A stretch of 62,937 bases of DNA, counting the filler, from Craspedostauros australis (Eukaryota), in assembly GCA_030167865.1 (NCBI GenBank). It is 17 parts of 17 records of this genome, joined end to end, with 100 filler letters (N's around TTAATTAATTAA, not from the genome) between each part and the next. Parts side by side here need not be neighbours in the genome. Positions count along the whole stretch, not along the records: positions 1,120 to 29,385 come from JALAGF010003221.1; positions 29,486 to 31,186 come from JALAGF010003222.1; positions 31,287 to 32,714 come from JALAGF010003223.1; positions 32,815 to 33,896 come from JALAGF010003224.1; positions 33,997 to 37,655 come from JALAGF010003225.1; 12 more parts are not named here. One strand, given 5' to 3'. The notes beneath the pieces are model-generated. The model had not been told where the DNA came from and did no database searches. It saw only the letters and a list, made by a program, of their open reading frames with translations. Position 1 is the stretch's first letter; the number at the start of each line of letters is the position of its first letter. Below are positions 21,901 to 33,998 of this stretch, piece by piece. The translations under genes and the position numbers were made by a program.

Positions 21901-24464
21901 ATGATTGGAAAGTCAGGACTGATCGTGGCCGCCATGGCCATGCTGAGCATCAAGGATGCCGATGCCTTCACCCCAGCATCGCGATCCTTCGTACACAGGG
22001 CAGGCACCACCTCCGTGCTGCGCTCCACAACGGAGGAGGAAGCCGCCGCCTCGGCCGACGCCACCCTCAAGAACGTCGCGCAGACCGAGGACACATCGCG
22101 TGACAAGATCATGACGTTCTCCTACGACATGTCCATGGAACCCAAGTACGAAAAGCCCACCTACCCAGGCACGGGCAACGGCCAATCCGGTGAATCCGGC
22201 GAGTACGACGTCGTCGTCATCGGCTCCGGCATGGGCGGCCTGGCCTGCGGTGCCTTGTCGGCCAAGTACGGCGACCGCGTCCTCGTGCTCGAATCGCACA
22301 TCAAGTGCGGCGGATCGGCCCACACCTTCTCGCGCATGCACAACGGCGGCAAGTACTCCTTCGAGGTCGGCCCGTCCATCTTTGAAGGTCTCGATCGTCC
22401 CAGTCTCAATCCTTTGCGCATGATCTTCGATATTTTGGGCGAGGAGATGCCCGTCAAGACCTACACCGGCTTGGGATACTGGACGCCAACCGGATACTGG
22501 CGTTTCCCCATCGGCAGCAAGCAGAAGTTTGAAGACCTGCTGTTGGAGCAGGCTGAAGACGGCCCCAAGGCTGTTGAGGTACGGATGTCGACGCATAGTA
22601 GTAGTGGGCCAGAATTGTGCACATCATGGGGTGTTTGCCATGATTGATTGTGCTGAGGCAACCGTTTTGTATCTTTGGGACGCGAGCGGATGTGGTTTAC
22701 TGCAGCCTTTGGTAACGAAGCGAATGGAAGGACGGAAGACCCACCCTTGTCGTTGCAGACTCTATCAGAATTGTGAAAAGCAAACCAGCACACGAACACA
22801 TGTTCAATCGGTTAACGCCAGCCTCAAAATCAATCATCCCAATTCGCGATGCTCATGCATCTCATTTCTCCAACTTGCCTTGTCAACCGCAACCTTCTAA
22901 CGTCGCACACCACCATTCACTGTCATTTCGGTTTGTGCAACGATTTTCGAACTCAATCCAATTCACAACTTACGACACCCACGCCATTTTGATGCATCCA
23001 TCATCATCGCTATCATCGCCGTCGTCGCCACCACGATCACCAACAAAACTGCAATAACAGGAATGGAACGCCCTCCGAGCACGCCTCAAGACCCTCGGTG
23101 GGTCCACAACAGCTGTTTCCCTCCTCAACTTGCGCCAGGACCCAGGTTTCCTCGCGACCACGGCAGGAAGTCTCCCATTCGTCGCCACCCACCCCGATGT
23201 CTTCCTCGACCTCCCGCTCACATTCGACTCCCTCCACAAGACCGTCGATGAGATCGTCACCGTCCCCTTCCTGCGCAACTTCATCGACACCATGTGCATC
23301 TTCTGCGGCTTCCCAGCCAAGGGTGCCATGACTGCCCACATGCTCTACATCCTCGAGCGCTTCTTCGAAGAATCCGCCTGCTACTCCGTCCCCATCGGAG
23401 GAACTTGCGAGATGGGCAACACCCTCGTGCGTGGGCTCGAAAAGTTCGGAGGCAAGATCCAGCTCAACGCCCACGTCGACGAGATCCTCGTCGAGAACGA
23501 CCGTGCCGTCGGTGTCCGTCTCAAGAACGGAAGCCTCATCAAGGCCAAGAAAGCCGTCGTCAGCAACGCCACGCCGTTCGACACCGTCAAGATGCTTGGC
23601 GATCAGCAGGAACTCCCAGAGGGCGTCACCAAGTGGAAGGAGGCGCTCGGCAAGCTCCCACGCCACGGTGCCATCATGCATCTCTTCATCGCCATCGACG
23701 CCGAGGGACTCGATCTGTCCCACATCGACGATCCGGCCCACCTCGTGGTACAGGATTGGGGACGTTCTCTGCAGGACTCTCAGAACCTGTGCAGTTTCTT
23801 CATCCCAAGCATCCTCGACAAGTCCCTCTGCCCAGAAGGCAAGCACGTCATCCACGTCTACTCCTCCGGTGGTGAGCCATATGAACCATGGGAGAAGCTC
23901 AAGCCAGGCTCCGACGAGTACGAGGCCTACAAGGAGGAACGTGCCTCCGTCTTGTGGGAGGCCGTCGAGCGCTGCATCCCAGACATCCGCGAACGCGTGG
24001 AATTCTCCATCATTGGATCGCCGCTGGCCCACGAGGCGTTCCTGAGACGCGACCGCGGCACCTACGGTATGGCCTGGGCCGCCGGAACCTCCGCTCCATA
24101 CTCCGGACTCTTGCGCAACATCCTGCCATTCCCATTCCCCGACCTCAAGACGCCAGTCGACGGTCTCCTCCGATGCGGCGATTCCTGCTTCCCAGGCATC
24201 GGAACTCCAAGTGCCGCCGCGTCCGGTGCCATCGCTGCCAACACCATGAATCACGTGTCGAAGCATCTGGATCTGCTCAAGGAGGCCAGCACCATTGACC
24301 CCATGTACGAATTTCTGAATCCAGGTATCTTGGGAGACGTTTACAAGCCAATTGTGGGGGGCTTTACACCAAGCTCAGAGCTCGATGCGTCGCAGATCGG
24401 ATTCCAGACGAACATTCCATCCACGAAACCAGCCTCCACATCGGAGTCTGCCGAGCAAGTGTAG
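21901..24464 (+). CDS. CRTISO: Plastid carotenoid isomerase-family FAD enzyme (CRTISO5-like); intron 22579-23060; about 693 aa
   Basis: Signal peptide plus DAFTP. FAD motif [43 protein letters not shown] and C-terminal [17 protein letters not shown]. The GT/CAG splice is in phase 0 (AVE|EWNAL). Confidence 0.92.
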
Positions 24465-25599
24465 GAGTAACAGCATTTCCGTAATGTGCATAAATGAATG
24501 GCAACAGATATTTCAACAGCAGGAGCAGCGGCAGTACTGAAATCATCAGCCCACCAACTATCTATGTTGGTGCACTCTCACGAAGGAGAAACAATCTTGC
24601 GCATAGTCGGTCGTCATCTGTTGCTCTTGTCAACTACCATCGCCTTGATCCTTGACACCTTCTGAGCTACGTATTCCCTCGTGCATCAAAGCCCAGCCAA
24701 TGGGACATGCCGATCTTTTCGCCCATCGCAAGTCTTCACTGGTATGTTTGTATCTTTCCACCGACTCAAGACGAGCGTAGCATTCCAAGATCTTTGAATG
24801 AGACTTGATTCATTCCAACCAGGCCGTGATGACGGGGTCCTTGACTACAAAACCTGCCGGCACGTGGTCTGCGAGGCGCTTTTCGAACTAGCCAACGGCG
24901 GTTGCACACAATGGTGCTGGTTCTGACCAACAAAGATTGGCTCCACAAGTTGCATCTCCACCGCTGCCATGAGAACGCGCTTCATCAACAACGCCAGACG
25001 GCAACGCCGGCGAGAAAACCTCACTTGAACATGCAATCATCAGCCAGTTAGCTGCAGCGCTATCTGCAGCGCTATCTGCAGCGGTAAACTTCGATAATAT
25101 AATACATAACATGCTAATGATGAGTTTTTGTGCATCCGCGGATCGACAGAGCGTTGCTTGGCGTACAGACATGCTCATGACCTTTTGGTTCTGTTTCTAG
25201 GTTGTGTGCTTGTTGTTGGCGCGGCAACTCGATGCGAATAGGCGGCACGATGGAACGCTTGGAGACATGGTAGAGTTGCTCGGACGCTTGCTTTTCGCAG
25301 ATCTGCGAGCGTCGTGGACCGAAAGCGTGTCTCCAAGTGTCCAATACCAGACCAGTAACGAACCGCACCCCATGATCGACAGAGATGGAACGGTGATGCA
25401 GTCGGACATATTGTTACTTTCGTCTCGTCTGATACTTCTTTCATTTCTTCGTCTCTGAGCTTCAAGTTCAGGCAGTCGCTTGAGATCCCATGACAAGTCT
25501 TGGTTGGTTGGATGGTTGTCCTATTGTTGGGTTGCACTACTCTTATCGCTCCACAGCTATTGTGGATGCACCCTGAAATGCATTCATTCATTCGTTCAT

Positions 25600-28500
25600 T
25601 CATTCGCGGTCCGTCAAGACCGACACGTCTTCATCGTCGAGAGTCGCATCCATGCTGCTCTTGCTTCCATTGCCGCTACCCTGCCCATGCCTCATATCAC
25701 CAGACTGCGACGAGCTGCTTTGAATCGACGTTCGCTGCCCCGCGCTTCCCACCATCACGCTCTGCCCGGCTGTGCCAAAGTGGAACTGAAGACGGTTGTT
25801 GGTTGCTCGCAGATGTGGAGGAACGCTTGCTTGTCCTGACGACGGCTCATACATCTGGATGAGCTCGCCAATTTGGTCTTCATCGATGTATTGCGAATGG
25901 CTTTTGCGTAGATCACCGACCTTGGCTATAGCTCCCCATCGTTGGTAGTATGTGCATGCTTGAGTCATATACTTGGTGACATCGGCGTTCATCTTCATCA
26001 TGATCAGGTATTTCGCAAAACGTTCGCATGCAAGCCCTGCTTCATGGACGTGGCCAATTTCGCTTGACACGAAGATCGCATCCCGGAATGCCGCCTTGAC
26101 TGCATCGACGCTGCTTTTATCACCGTTCTTCGATGTAGCAGCGATGTATTCGGCCCGAATGATGAGATGCCTGTTCTTGTAGCATTCACCCCTTATGAGC
26201 CAGGCTGATCTGCTGTTTTTGTACGTGGTCTTGAGCAGTCGCTTGAACTTTGGACGCTTGGTGTCACGGTACAACGAGGCAGCCATCAGGCCGACGCAAA
26301 GGAACCGAGAGCTGTTGTAGTGGTATCCTGGATCGTCGGAAGAATTCTTGTCCAGGCGTTTGAATAGACTGTTCGTGACATCAGACCTCTGGAAGTAGGT
26401 TGCCAAAAGGATTCGTATCCAGTAGCCGACATGAAGGAAGAAAGCGTTGGCTTGCGTCTTCACGATACCCTCACCAAAGCGGGCTATCTCATTCCAATCT
26501 ACTCCCTCTTCTCCAAGCAAGATCGCTGATACCTTGGCATGCTCCTTGAACCAATCAATACTTGATGACACTTTGAACAGTGCCATCTGCTCAAACATTG
26601 CTTCGTATGAATATTGTATCTCCCCCAAGGGATGGCCCTCCCACGCAGCGACTAGATTGCTGGCTAGCCAAGCGAAGAAGCCAGTCTCAAAGTCGCCCTG
26701 CTGCATACATACAGAGAAGCCTCGATGAATTTTCTCAAGGATCGAAGCTGCTGGTTCATGCCACCCAGATATGAAGAGGCCGTCGATCATGTCAATCCAC
26801 GCCTTGATGTACGGATCATTATATTGGCGGATAATAGCATTCGCAATGCCAGCAAGGCGTACTGCCATATCTTGATTCCCTTGAGCAGACTGCACCATGC
26901 CAAAGCTGACAAAACCCAAAGCAGCCTCTGGGCAGAGACCATGCTCGAGCGACATCCTCACAGTCTTCATCGACGACATTAGCCATTCCAATGCCTCTGC
27001 TCCGGTGTACGCACGAATCATGATCTGGAACATGAACTTGTTTGAGAGGATCTTCTTCTTGTCATTCAGTACCGGAAGCGATAGGATCTGCTCATCCGTG
27101 TGGCGTCTGAGGTATGATGTCAGCCATAACATATCCCGAATCACGTGCAGCACATATCCGCGCTTGGGGTACCTTCCAAGCAAGCGGACAGTCTCTCTGT
27201 TCATTTTCATGCAGAGATCTTGCCTGTCCTGCTTGGCGTATGCTACTGCCATACAGGAATATACCGACAGCTTCTGTTCGGTTGTGTCTGCCCTCTCCAA
27301 TACCTCTCGACCCAGATCGTATCCCAGCTGGTAGTGGCCCAGTGTGAGCTCCGCATCAGCTCGGAGCTGATGTAGACGAAGCGAAAGATCATAATGGTTC
27401 TCCCACGGGGCGCGGAGCTTGCGGAATGCATTGTAGGCCAGCTGCAAGTACATGGCTGCTGGTGCCAGCGCTGCCATCTTCAATGCCTGCTCTCCGACTT
27501 CCAAGTTGAGCTGAAGGGAGAATGGATGATCCTTGGTTGGTATGCAGTTGAGATGGTCGGCGGCAACGAAGAGCAGGCTCGCATCGATGGTTGGAAGTGA
27601 CTGGCCACCGCCTTCGTTGCCGCCGCTGCTGACTGTAGATGGAAGTGGAGATGTTGTTGTTGCTGTCGTTGCAAGCGGAAGTTGGTTCTGTTCACAGTAC
27701 ATCCTCCAGATGTACAGCCCGATCCTGTGTTTCAATTTGCTTCTCATTTCGCCGAATGGGACGAGTCCCAATGCAGCCTGCTGGATGCGATCATGAGCGA
27801 AACGGAATGTCTTGCTCCCGACTGGGTTGGAGAGGAGACCTTCCAGCACCGCTTCTTCCAGATGATCCGACAGCAGCATTGAATCTACTCCAGATGTTGA
27901 GAGCGTCTCTGCTCCTCCGCCACCATCGTGTTTGACGGTGTTGGTACCTGCAAATACGAACCCATCCATCGGAGGCTTCTGAATGCTCTCTTCTCTCAGC
28001 ACAAACTCCAACAGATCAACATCAAAGCTGAAGCGGATATACGACGCGATGATCAGGGCGGTACGAAGTTCGGCGGGCTGGTTGTTGAGTTTCATCGCCA
28101 TCAGCTGGACCACGTTGCCTGCAGATGCGAACGCTTGTTTGCGGCGCTGTTGATCTCCATATTGGGACATGCTCAGATCGTTGCTGCCAAGGGATGCATC
28201 ATCAGGGATGTGCCACTCCCATTGGAATGAGATGCGGCTGTACACGATGGCGTTGCACCGCTCAAGCTCCTCCAGGAGCTGCAGCATGAAGAAGACGTTG
28301 CCTTCCGTCTTGGTGTAGATCTTGGATGTCAACGGTTGCAGCTCCTCCACTTCGCGGTCGAGAAGCTGCGACAGCCACAGTCCGACATCATCCTGCGTCA
28401 TGTTGGCGAGATGGATGTCGGTCCATATCGCGCTTGCGTCTTGTGCTGGTGGTGGTTTGGGCCATAATTGGGGATGCTTGGGAGACGCATGGTCTTCTGC

Positions 28501-29385
28501 GTGATGTTGAGAGCTATGCAGCTTGTCGAACATGCTGGCGAGTGGAGATGTCGGGGCTAACTCCAAGGGACAATCGGAGTGCGGGTTTGCTTCCTGACGG
28601 ATGGCACCGATCAAGAGGAAGTTGCTGAGCTGTTTGTCTTGCAGCAACGTGGCGAGAAGATCCAAGGCCACTTGGGAGCTCCACTGCATGTCATCAAGGA
28701 ACATGACGACCGGTCGCTTCCTCGTCGCGATGGCCTTGATGAATGATCCGAACATGTACTGCAGCTTGTTCCATGCCTTGTCGCTGGAGGTCACCATTTG
28801 TTCCACACTGTCGCTCTCGATGGTGCAGTTTGTGCGTTGGTGTCCACCTTGGATTTGATCTCTTGTCGATGATACTGCAGATGATGGTGGCGCCGGCGAT
28901 GCTCCTCCACCGGCCTTGCTTCCACTGTTTCCCTTGCTTCCCTTGCTTCCCTTGTTTGCCTTGTCCCTCTTCTTCTCACGCGGCCCATCATGCAAAGACT
29001 CCGTCTCCAGCAAGGATGCGATGGATGGCACGATGGTTGCCATCATCTGCACTTCGCCACCGATAGTGTCGCGAATGATGTCGGTCATGCGTTTGCGTTC
29101 ATCTTTGGGTTCGCTGATGACCTGTTGACAAAAGTCGCTCAAGGTTTGAACGATGGCCGAGAATGGGTCCTTGGATCCTGTCGTTTCATCGTTCTTTCCT
29201 TGGATGAAGTATGCGCGCTGTGTTGGCTGCGAATGATTGGCGTTGGTGTTGGTGTTGGTGTTCGTGTCGACTGGTTGATCGTCAGGATTGTTGCCCTGCT
29301 CACCAGCAGCACCAAGGGACGCTGCAAGCTGCTTGACGAGTCTGGATTTGCCAGTTCCGCTGAGTCCCCAAAGGAACGCGGCAGG
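25600..29385 (-). CDS. STAND-type AAA_16 (COG3899-like) ATPase with a long TPR-like helical C-terminus, 5'-truncated by the contig end
   Basis: The frame is open to the contig edge and includes Walker A GLSGTGKS (29367-29344). Also Walker B VMFLDDMQW, KTEGNVFF, FRFAHDRIQQAA and terminal YQRWGAIAKV. Confidence 0.9.
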   Translation of the reverse strand, partial: PAAFLWGLSGTGKSRLVKQLAASLGAAGEQGNNPDDQPVDTNTNTNTNANHSQPTQRAYFIQGKNDETTGSKDPFSAIVQTLSDFCQQVISEPKDERKRMTDIIRDTIGGEVQMMATIVPSIASLLETESLHDGPREKKRDKANKGSKGSKGNSGSKAGGGASPAPPSSAVSSTRDQIQGGHQRTNCTIESDSVEQMVTSSDKAWNKLQYMFGSFIKAIATRKRPVVMFLDDMQWSSQVALDLLATLLQDKQLSNFLLIGAIRQEANPHSDCPLELAPTSPLASMFDKLHSSQHHAEDHASPKHPQLWPKPPPAQDASAIWTDIHLANMTQDDVGLWLSQLLDREVEELQPLTSKIYTKTEGNVFFMLQLLEELERCNAIVYSRISFQWEWHIPDDASLGSNDLSMSQYGDQQRRKQAFASAGNVVQLMAMKLNNQPAELRTALIIASYIRFSFDVDLLEFVLREESIQKPPMDGFVFAGTNTVKHDGGGGAETLSTSGVDSMLLSDHLEEAVLEGLLSNPVGSKTFRFAHDRIQQAALGLVPFGEMRSKLKHRIGLYIWRMYCEQNQLPLATTATTTSPLPSTVSSGGNEGGGQSLPTIDASLLFVAADHLNCIPTKDHPFSLQLNLEVGEQALKMAALAPAAMYLQLAYNAFRKLRAPWENHYDLSLRLHQLRADAELTLGHYQLGYDLGREVLERADTTEQKLSVYSCMAVAYAKQDRQDLCMKMNRETVRLLGRYPKRGYVLHVIRDMLWLTSYLRRHTDEQILSLPVLNDKKKILSNKFMFQIMIRAYTGAEALEWLMSSMKTVRMSLEHGLCPEAALGFVSFGMVQSAQGNQDMAVRLAGIANAIIRQYNDPYIKAWIDMIDGLFISGWHEPAASILEKIHRGFSVCMQQGDFETGFFAWLASNLVAAWEGHPLGEIQYSYEAMFEQMALFKVSSSIDWFKEHAKVSAILLGEEGVDWNEIARFGEGIVKTQANAFFLHVGYWIRILLATYFQRSDVTNSLFKRLDKNSSDDPGYHYNSSRFLCVGLMAASLYRDTKRPKFKRLLKTTYKNSRSAWLIRGECYKNRHLIIRAEYIAATSKNGDKSSVDAVKAAFRDAIFVSSEIGHVHEAGLACERFAKYLIMMKMNADVTKYMTQACTYYQRWGAIAKVGDLRKSHSQYIDEDQIGELIQMYEPSSGQASVPPHLRATNNRLQFHFGTAGQSVMVGSAGQRTSIQSSSSQSGDMRHGQGSGNGSKSSMDATLDDEDVSVLTDRE

Positions 29386-29485
29386 NNNNNNNNNNNNNNN
29401 NNNNNNNNNNNNNNNNNNNNNNNNNNNNNTTAATTAATTAANNNNNNNNNNNNNNNNNNNNNNNNNNNNNNNNNNNNNNNNNNNN

Positions 29486-31186
29486 TTCGCTGACGCGAAT
29501 TCTTACCACGTCCTCTCAGATGACGACGACGAGGACGATGACGACACCAACAACAACACGAGTGCGAAGAAGAACTCACCAGGTCTCGCGAGCGAGACGG
29601 CGACCACACCAGTGGACGAAGGGACTGCGTCCGAAGAAGAGATTGACGCGATTCCTGTCGACGACGACACAGTGACCGACATTGAAGATGTCGCCCCACC
29701 GAGTGTCCCGCCAAGCATCCTCCGCACTCCGCCAACGTCACGCAAGCGTTCGCACGAAGCGAACGATGACCCGAAAGTTAGTCGCACCACGACTGCTGAT
29801 CCCCCAAGACGACCAAGCAAGCGCGACACCGCTCGCAGCGAACGACAACAGCGATACATCGAGCGAAGCAAGCATCAAGCAAAAACGAATGCGAAGTCGC
29901 GTGCATCGCTGCCATCCAACGTGAAAGGAAAGAGCGAATTGCGCAACCTTGCAAACTACAACAAGCCAGGAAAGAAAGAGAAGCATGAAGACAAGCGGTT
30001 CACTACCAACCTATCCGTCTTCAATAGGGGAAGCGACACCGATGACGACAAGAGCAACACAGACCACGATCAGGACAACAGCGAGGAGACCAACGACGAT
30101 GACGAAAACAATGGCGACACCACCGACGAGAATGAGGAGAACAACGAAGCTACAGACGACGAAGACAGCGATTCTCCTCCATCGGACATCACCAACGCAG
30201 TCACAGATGCTCTATTCGGTAACAACGCAATCAGCACCGACGACTTCGAGATAGAGATCTGCGCAACCACCGAAGATGAGACAGGAGAGACATCGACGCA
30301 CATCGAGCCATCAACCTTCGACCAAGCATTCAACCATCCGAATGCAACACACCAGAAGGGCTACAGAGCTGCCATCGCAAAGGAGTTCGGTTCGATGGAT
30401 GCTCGATCCGTCTACAGCAAGATCAAGCGCTCATCGATTCCAAGGGACCGCAGATGCTGCAAGTGCAAATGGGTGTTTAAATTAAAGCGCAATGGAACCT
30501 ATCAAGCGCGTCTGGTGGCGTGTGGCTACTCACAGATTGCAGGAGTGGACTACCAAGAGCACCACTCGCCTGTCATCCACGACGTCACGTACTGTGTGAT
30601 GATGGTGATCATGATGCTACAGAAGATGGATTGTGCACTCGTGGACGTGGTCACGGCATTCTTGTACGGCGACCTCGAAGAAGAGGTGTACATGAATTGT
30701 CCAAGCGGAATGGACAGCACACCTGATGAGGCGCTGCTGCTACACAAGCCAATCTACGGGCTGGTCCAGAGCGCACGCCANNNNNNNNNNNNNNNNNNNN
30801 NNNNNNNNNNNNNNNNNNNNNNNNNNNNNNNNNNNNNNNNNNNNNNNCTCTTCCATCGCAAGACGAAGAACGAAACAGTCATCGTGGCGATCTACGTTGA
30901 CGACTGCTTCTGCTGCGGACATCAGAAGGCACTCGACCAATTCATGATCGACATCCAGAAGAGCAAGTTCAAGGTCACCATCGAGAAGGGTTTGGGTGAC
31001 TACCTCAGCTGCAACATCCAGCTCAACGCAGACAAGACGAGAGCTGTCCTACGCCAGCCACATCTGATCCGAAACCTGATCACCGAGTTTGGTGCAGAGG
31101 TAGAGAAGATGCAGCGCTACGCGACGCCAGGGACGCCAAGCCAGAGCATCGTTCGCCCATCCGAAGAGAACGGATTGCAGAAGGTG
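29486..31186 (+). mobile_element. Copia (CoDi-type) reverse transcriptase fragment
   Basis: EPSTFDQAFNHP, CKWVFKLK, ARLVACGYSQ, DVVTAFLYGDLEEEVYM, IYGLVQSAR and YVDD (RVT_2). The frame is open across the contig. Confidence 0.96.
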
Positions 31187-31286
31187 NNNNNNNNNNNNNN
31201 NNNNNNNNNNNNNNNNNNNNNNNNNNNNNNTTAATTAATTAANNNNNNNNNNNNNNNNNNNNNNNNNNNNNNNNNNNNNNNNNNNN

Positions 31287-31591
31287 TGAACGAACGGAGT
31301 GTCGAATGCGGAGTACGCATCGAGCACGGAGTATCGTGTGGCACGAGCACACGATGTTGAGAGAGAAAGAAAGAGAGAGAATACAGAGAGGAGCGAGAGA
31401 GCATCTCGCGTACCGACTCATAGTCGGAGACTGAATCTACGAAACAGATTGAAGCNCCGAGAGCATCGGGCAAGAGAACGGGNGTACACCNAGAGGATNG
31501 GAGTAGCCAACTAATGAAATAGCAAACAGACGACTATCAACCAACACCATCTTCCACGATCGTAGGTTACCGTGAGCGGAACTTGCCAACA
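31287..31591 (+). mobile_element. 3' part of Copia LTR
   Basis: Matches about 8258-8557 and 40375-40729; ends GGAACTTGCCAACA. Confidence 0.9.
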
Positions 31592-32045
31592 CATATTAGG
31601 TTCTCAGGGACGCGTCGACTTGTTCAGATATATTGGTTGTCGCGCTCATTCGATTCACTCATGGGCTGGTATGTTGCTATTGTCATAGATCTCTCGGTTC
31701 CCGACCGTTATCGGGACATGTCCGAGTAGGCCACTGGATGAGGGTGCTTGTATGTCGCATAAGACAGGTAAGGCCATTGGGCTGTCCGAGTGCAACTGAT
31801 CGTTTGCTAGGTTGCGGTTTGTCTGGAAGATGCTAGTGGGGGTTGCGGCAATCTTGGATATCTTTGCATAATACCATTTCGGTTCCAGTCAGTCCTCATG
31901 GGAGCTGCGGTGGAACAAGGTATCTTTGCAAAGTCATACCCCCGATTCCTGACATCGGTGTAGGTCGAGCGGTTCTGCCCATGCACCATCTTCGCTGGGG
32001 TAAAAGCATTGTCCGTCGGCTATGGCGATGCTGAGGACCTCGTTG

Positions 32046-32714
32046 TGTCGAGATGTACATGTGAGTATATGTCGAGATGTACGTGTATATGTGCATCGTT
32101 CACCCGTTATTCTCTCATACGCACCTGGACGGTACAACTACATTCGTGTCGATAGTATGCTGTGATTCGTCAGAATTACAGTAGAAATGGAACACACGAA
32201 AATGAGCAAGATTTCTGGAGGAAATTTGCAATCGACGATTTCTGAGAGAATTAGAAGATCGTCCGTCCATCCATCAATGGTACCAAGAGAATCTCGAGGT
32301 ACTTCCCAACTAAACCTCAGATGACGATATCATCTGACAGACCACTTCATCACCAATGGAACGTGACATCTGGAGAGCAGAAGGACGCCTACTGACGTCG
32401 ACAGGATGTCATCGTGTCACCACGTCGACATCTGTCNNNNNNNNNNNNNNNNNNNNNAAGATCCGATGACCGAAGGGCATCAGCATCATGGATACAGAAG
32501 GTGAACTTCAAATGGCGAGTACTCATGGAGTAGGAGCCAGTACTGAATAAACGGAGTGTTGAATACGGAGTACGTATCGAACACGGAGTATCGTGCACGA
32601 CGAGTACACGATGTTGAAAGAGAGAGAGAGAGAATACAGAGAGAGAGAGAAGCGAGAGAGTATCTCGCGTACCGACTCATAGTCGGAGACTGAATCTACG
32701 AAACAGATTGAAGC
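32046..32714 (+). mobile_element. 5' part of a second Copia LTR copy
   Basis: Begins TGTCGAGATGTACATG and aligns with 7766-8420; truncated by the contig end. Confidence 0.9.
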
Positions 32715-33998
32715 NNNNNNNNNNNNNNNNNNNNNNNNNNNNNNNNNNNNNNNNNNNNTTAATTAATTAANNNNNNNNNNNNNNNNNNNNNNNNNNNNNN
32801 NNNNNNNNNNNNNNCAGTGATGTGTGTCTTCATGCTGGTCACGAACACAACATCGCTGCCCCTTGTGACATGCAATAGTGTATTGGATGTTTGCATTACC
32901 CTTCACAGTCATCACCATTCAATCCACACTTGTCATTCGCCATTCGTCTCAGGACAGCCTTCGCCTCATCATGTACCTCACATTTTGATGCTCATAATGT
33001 CACATCGGGAGGTGCGGTAATTTAGTGTTTCACAACACTTGACTCCAAATACTCCTGGGAGGTGCGGCAATCACGTGTTTCATAACACCCGATTCCTGAC
33101 AAGTGGTTAATTGTTGTACTTGCTTGGTGTGGAACAGAACGGACATGTCTCACGCAAGAACAACTCGTTTGTTGCCATGAGGATGATGGACGTCGTTGCT
33201 TCGTTGATGTTGTGTATGCAGGCATGTTTCCGCACAAGACAGACACATGTGCGTTGTTGTGGCAAACAGTCACGTCGCCATGAAGTCCAGTCGACAACGT
33301 GCGACGTTGGTGGGACCAGCGTGCACACCAAGCTGATCAACATCCGACGTCAGTATGCAATCAGCAGACAAATATCATACATCAGTATGATGTATGTATG
33401 ACATGTTACATCCGTTATTGACATTTTTGCAAGGAGTAAGGCTAATCACACCAATTTAGACACCCCCTGTAGAGATAACTATAATATTAATGGGAACAAA
33501 AGCGCCACTACGTGATAGGGGAGGCCTCCTTTGGTCATTCTATGTGTCTAGTTGCAAACTAATCATACTCAGTGACTGCAGAGGGGGGTGGCAAGTTGCG
33601 CCTTCGAAAAGTGGAAAACCCTGCCACCGCAATGTCATACTTCACCTTCACTTCAGTCAAACATCGGTCAAACATTGATCGGACGTCAGATGACGTAGGT
33701 TGGTTGTTGAGATGACATGATCCGACGGAGGTACGACTTTGGTCGGATGTTGCAACGACATCGTCTTCCCCACGCAGTGTGTTGGAAAGGCGCGGCACAC
33801 TGACATTCCACACGTCCAAGAAACACGAAGCAGCAGACAGCCATTCTCCAACAACGCGTGCATGAACTTGACACTGGCTCGATGGTAACGGACAGANNNN
33901 NNNNNNNNNNNNNNNNNNNNNNNNNNNNNNNNNNNNNNNNTTAATTAATTAANNNNNNNNNNNNNNNNNNNNNNNNNNNNNNNNNNNNNNNNNNNNAC

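Noticed and set aside
16542..24266. Long antisense or shifted-frame ORFs (e.g. 16542-17600, 18867-20513, 23037-24266; likewise 3841-4752, 5152-6141)
   Set aside because: These are shadows of GC3-rich or repetitive real genes and carry no motifs of their own.
33451..33471. Possible Tc1/mariner end (minus strand TA-CAGGGGGTGTCTAAA); similarly TA-CAGTGGGG at 1120-1129
   Set aside because: Too short, with no partner TIR or second copy in the window.
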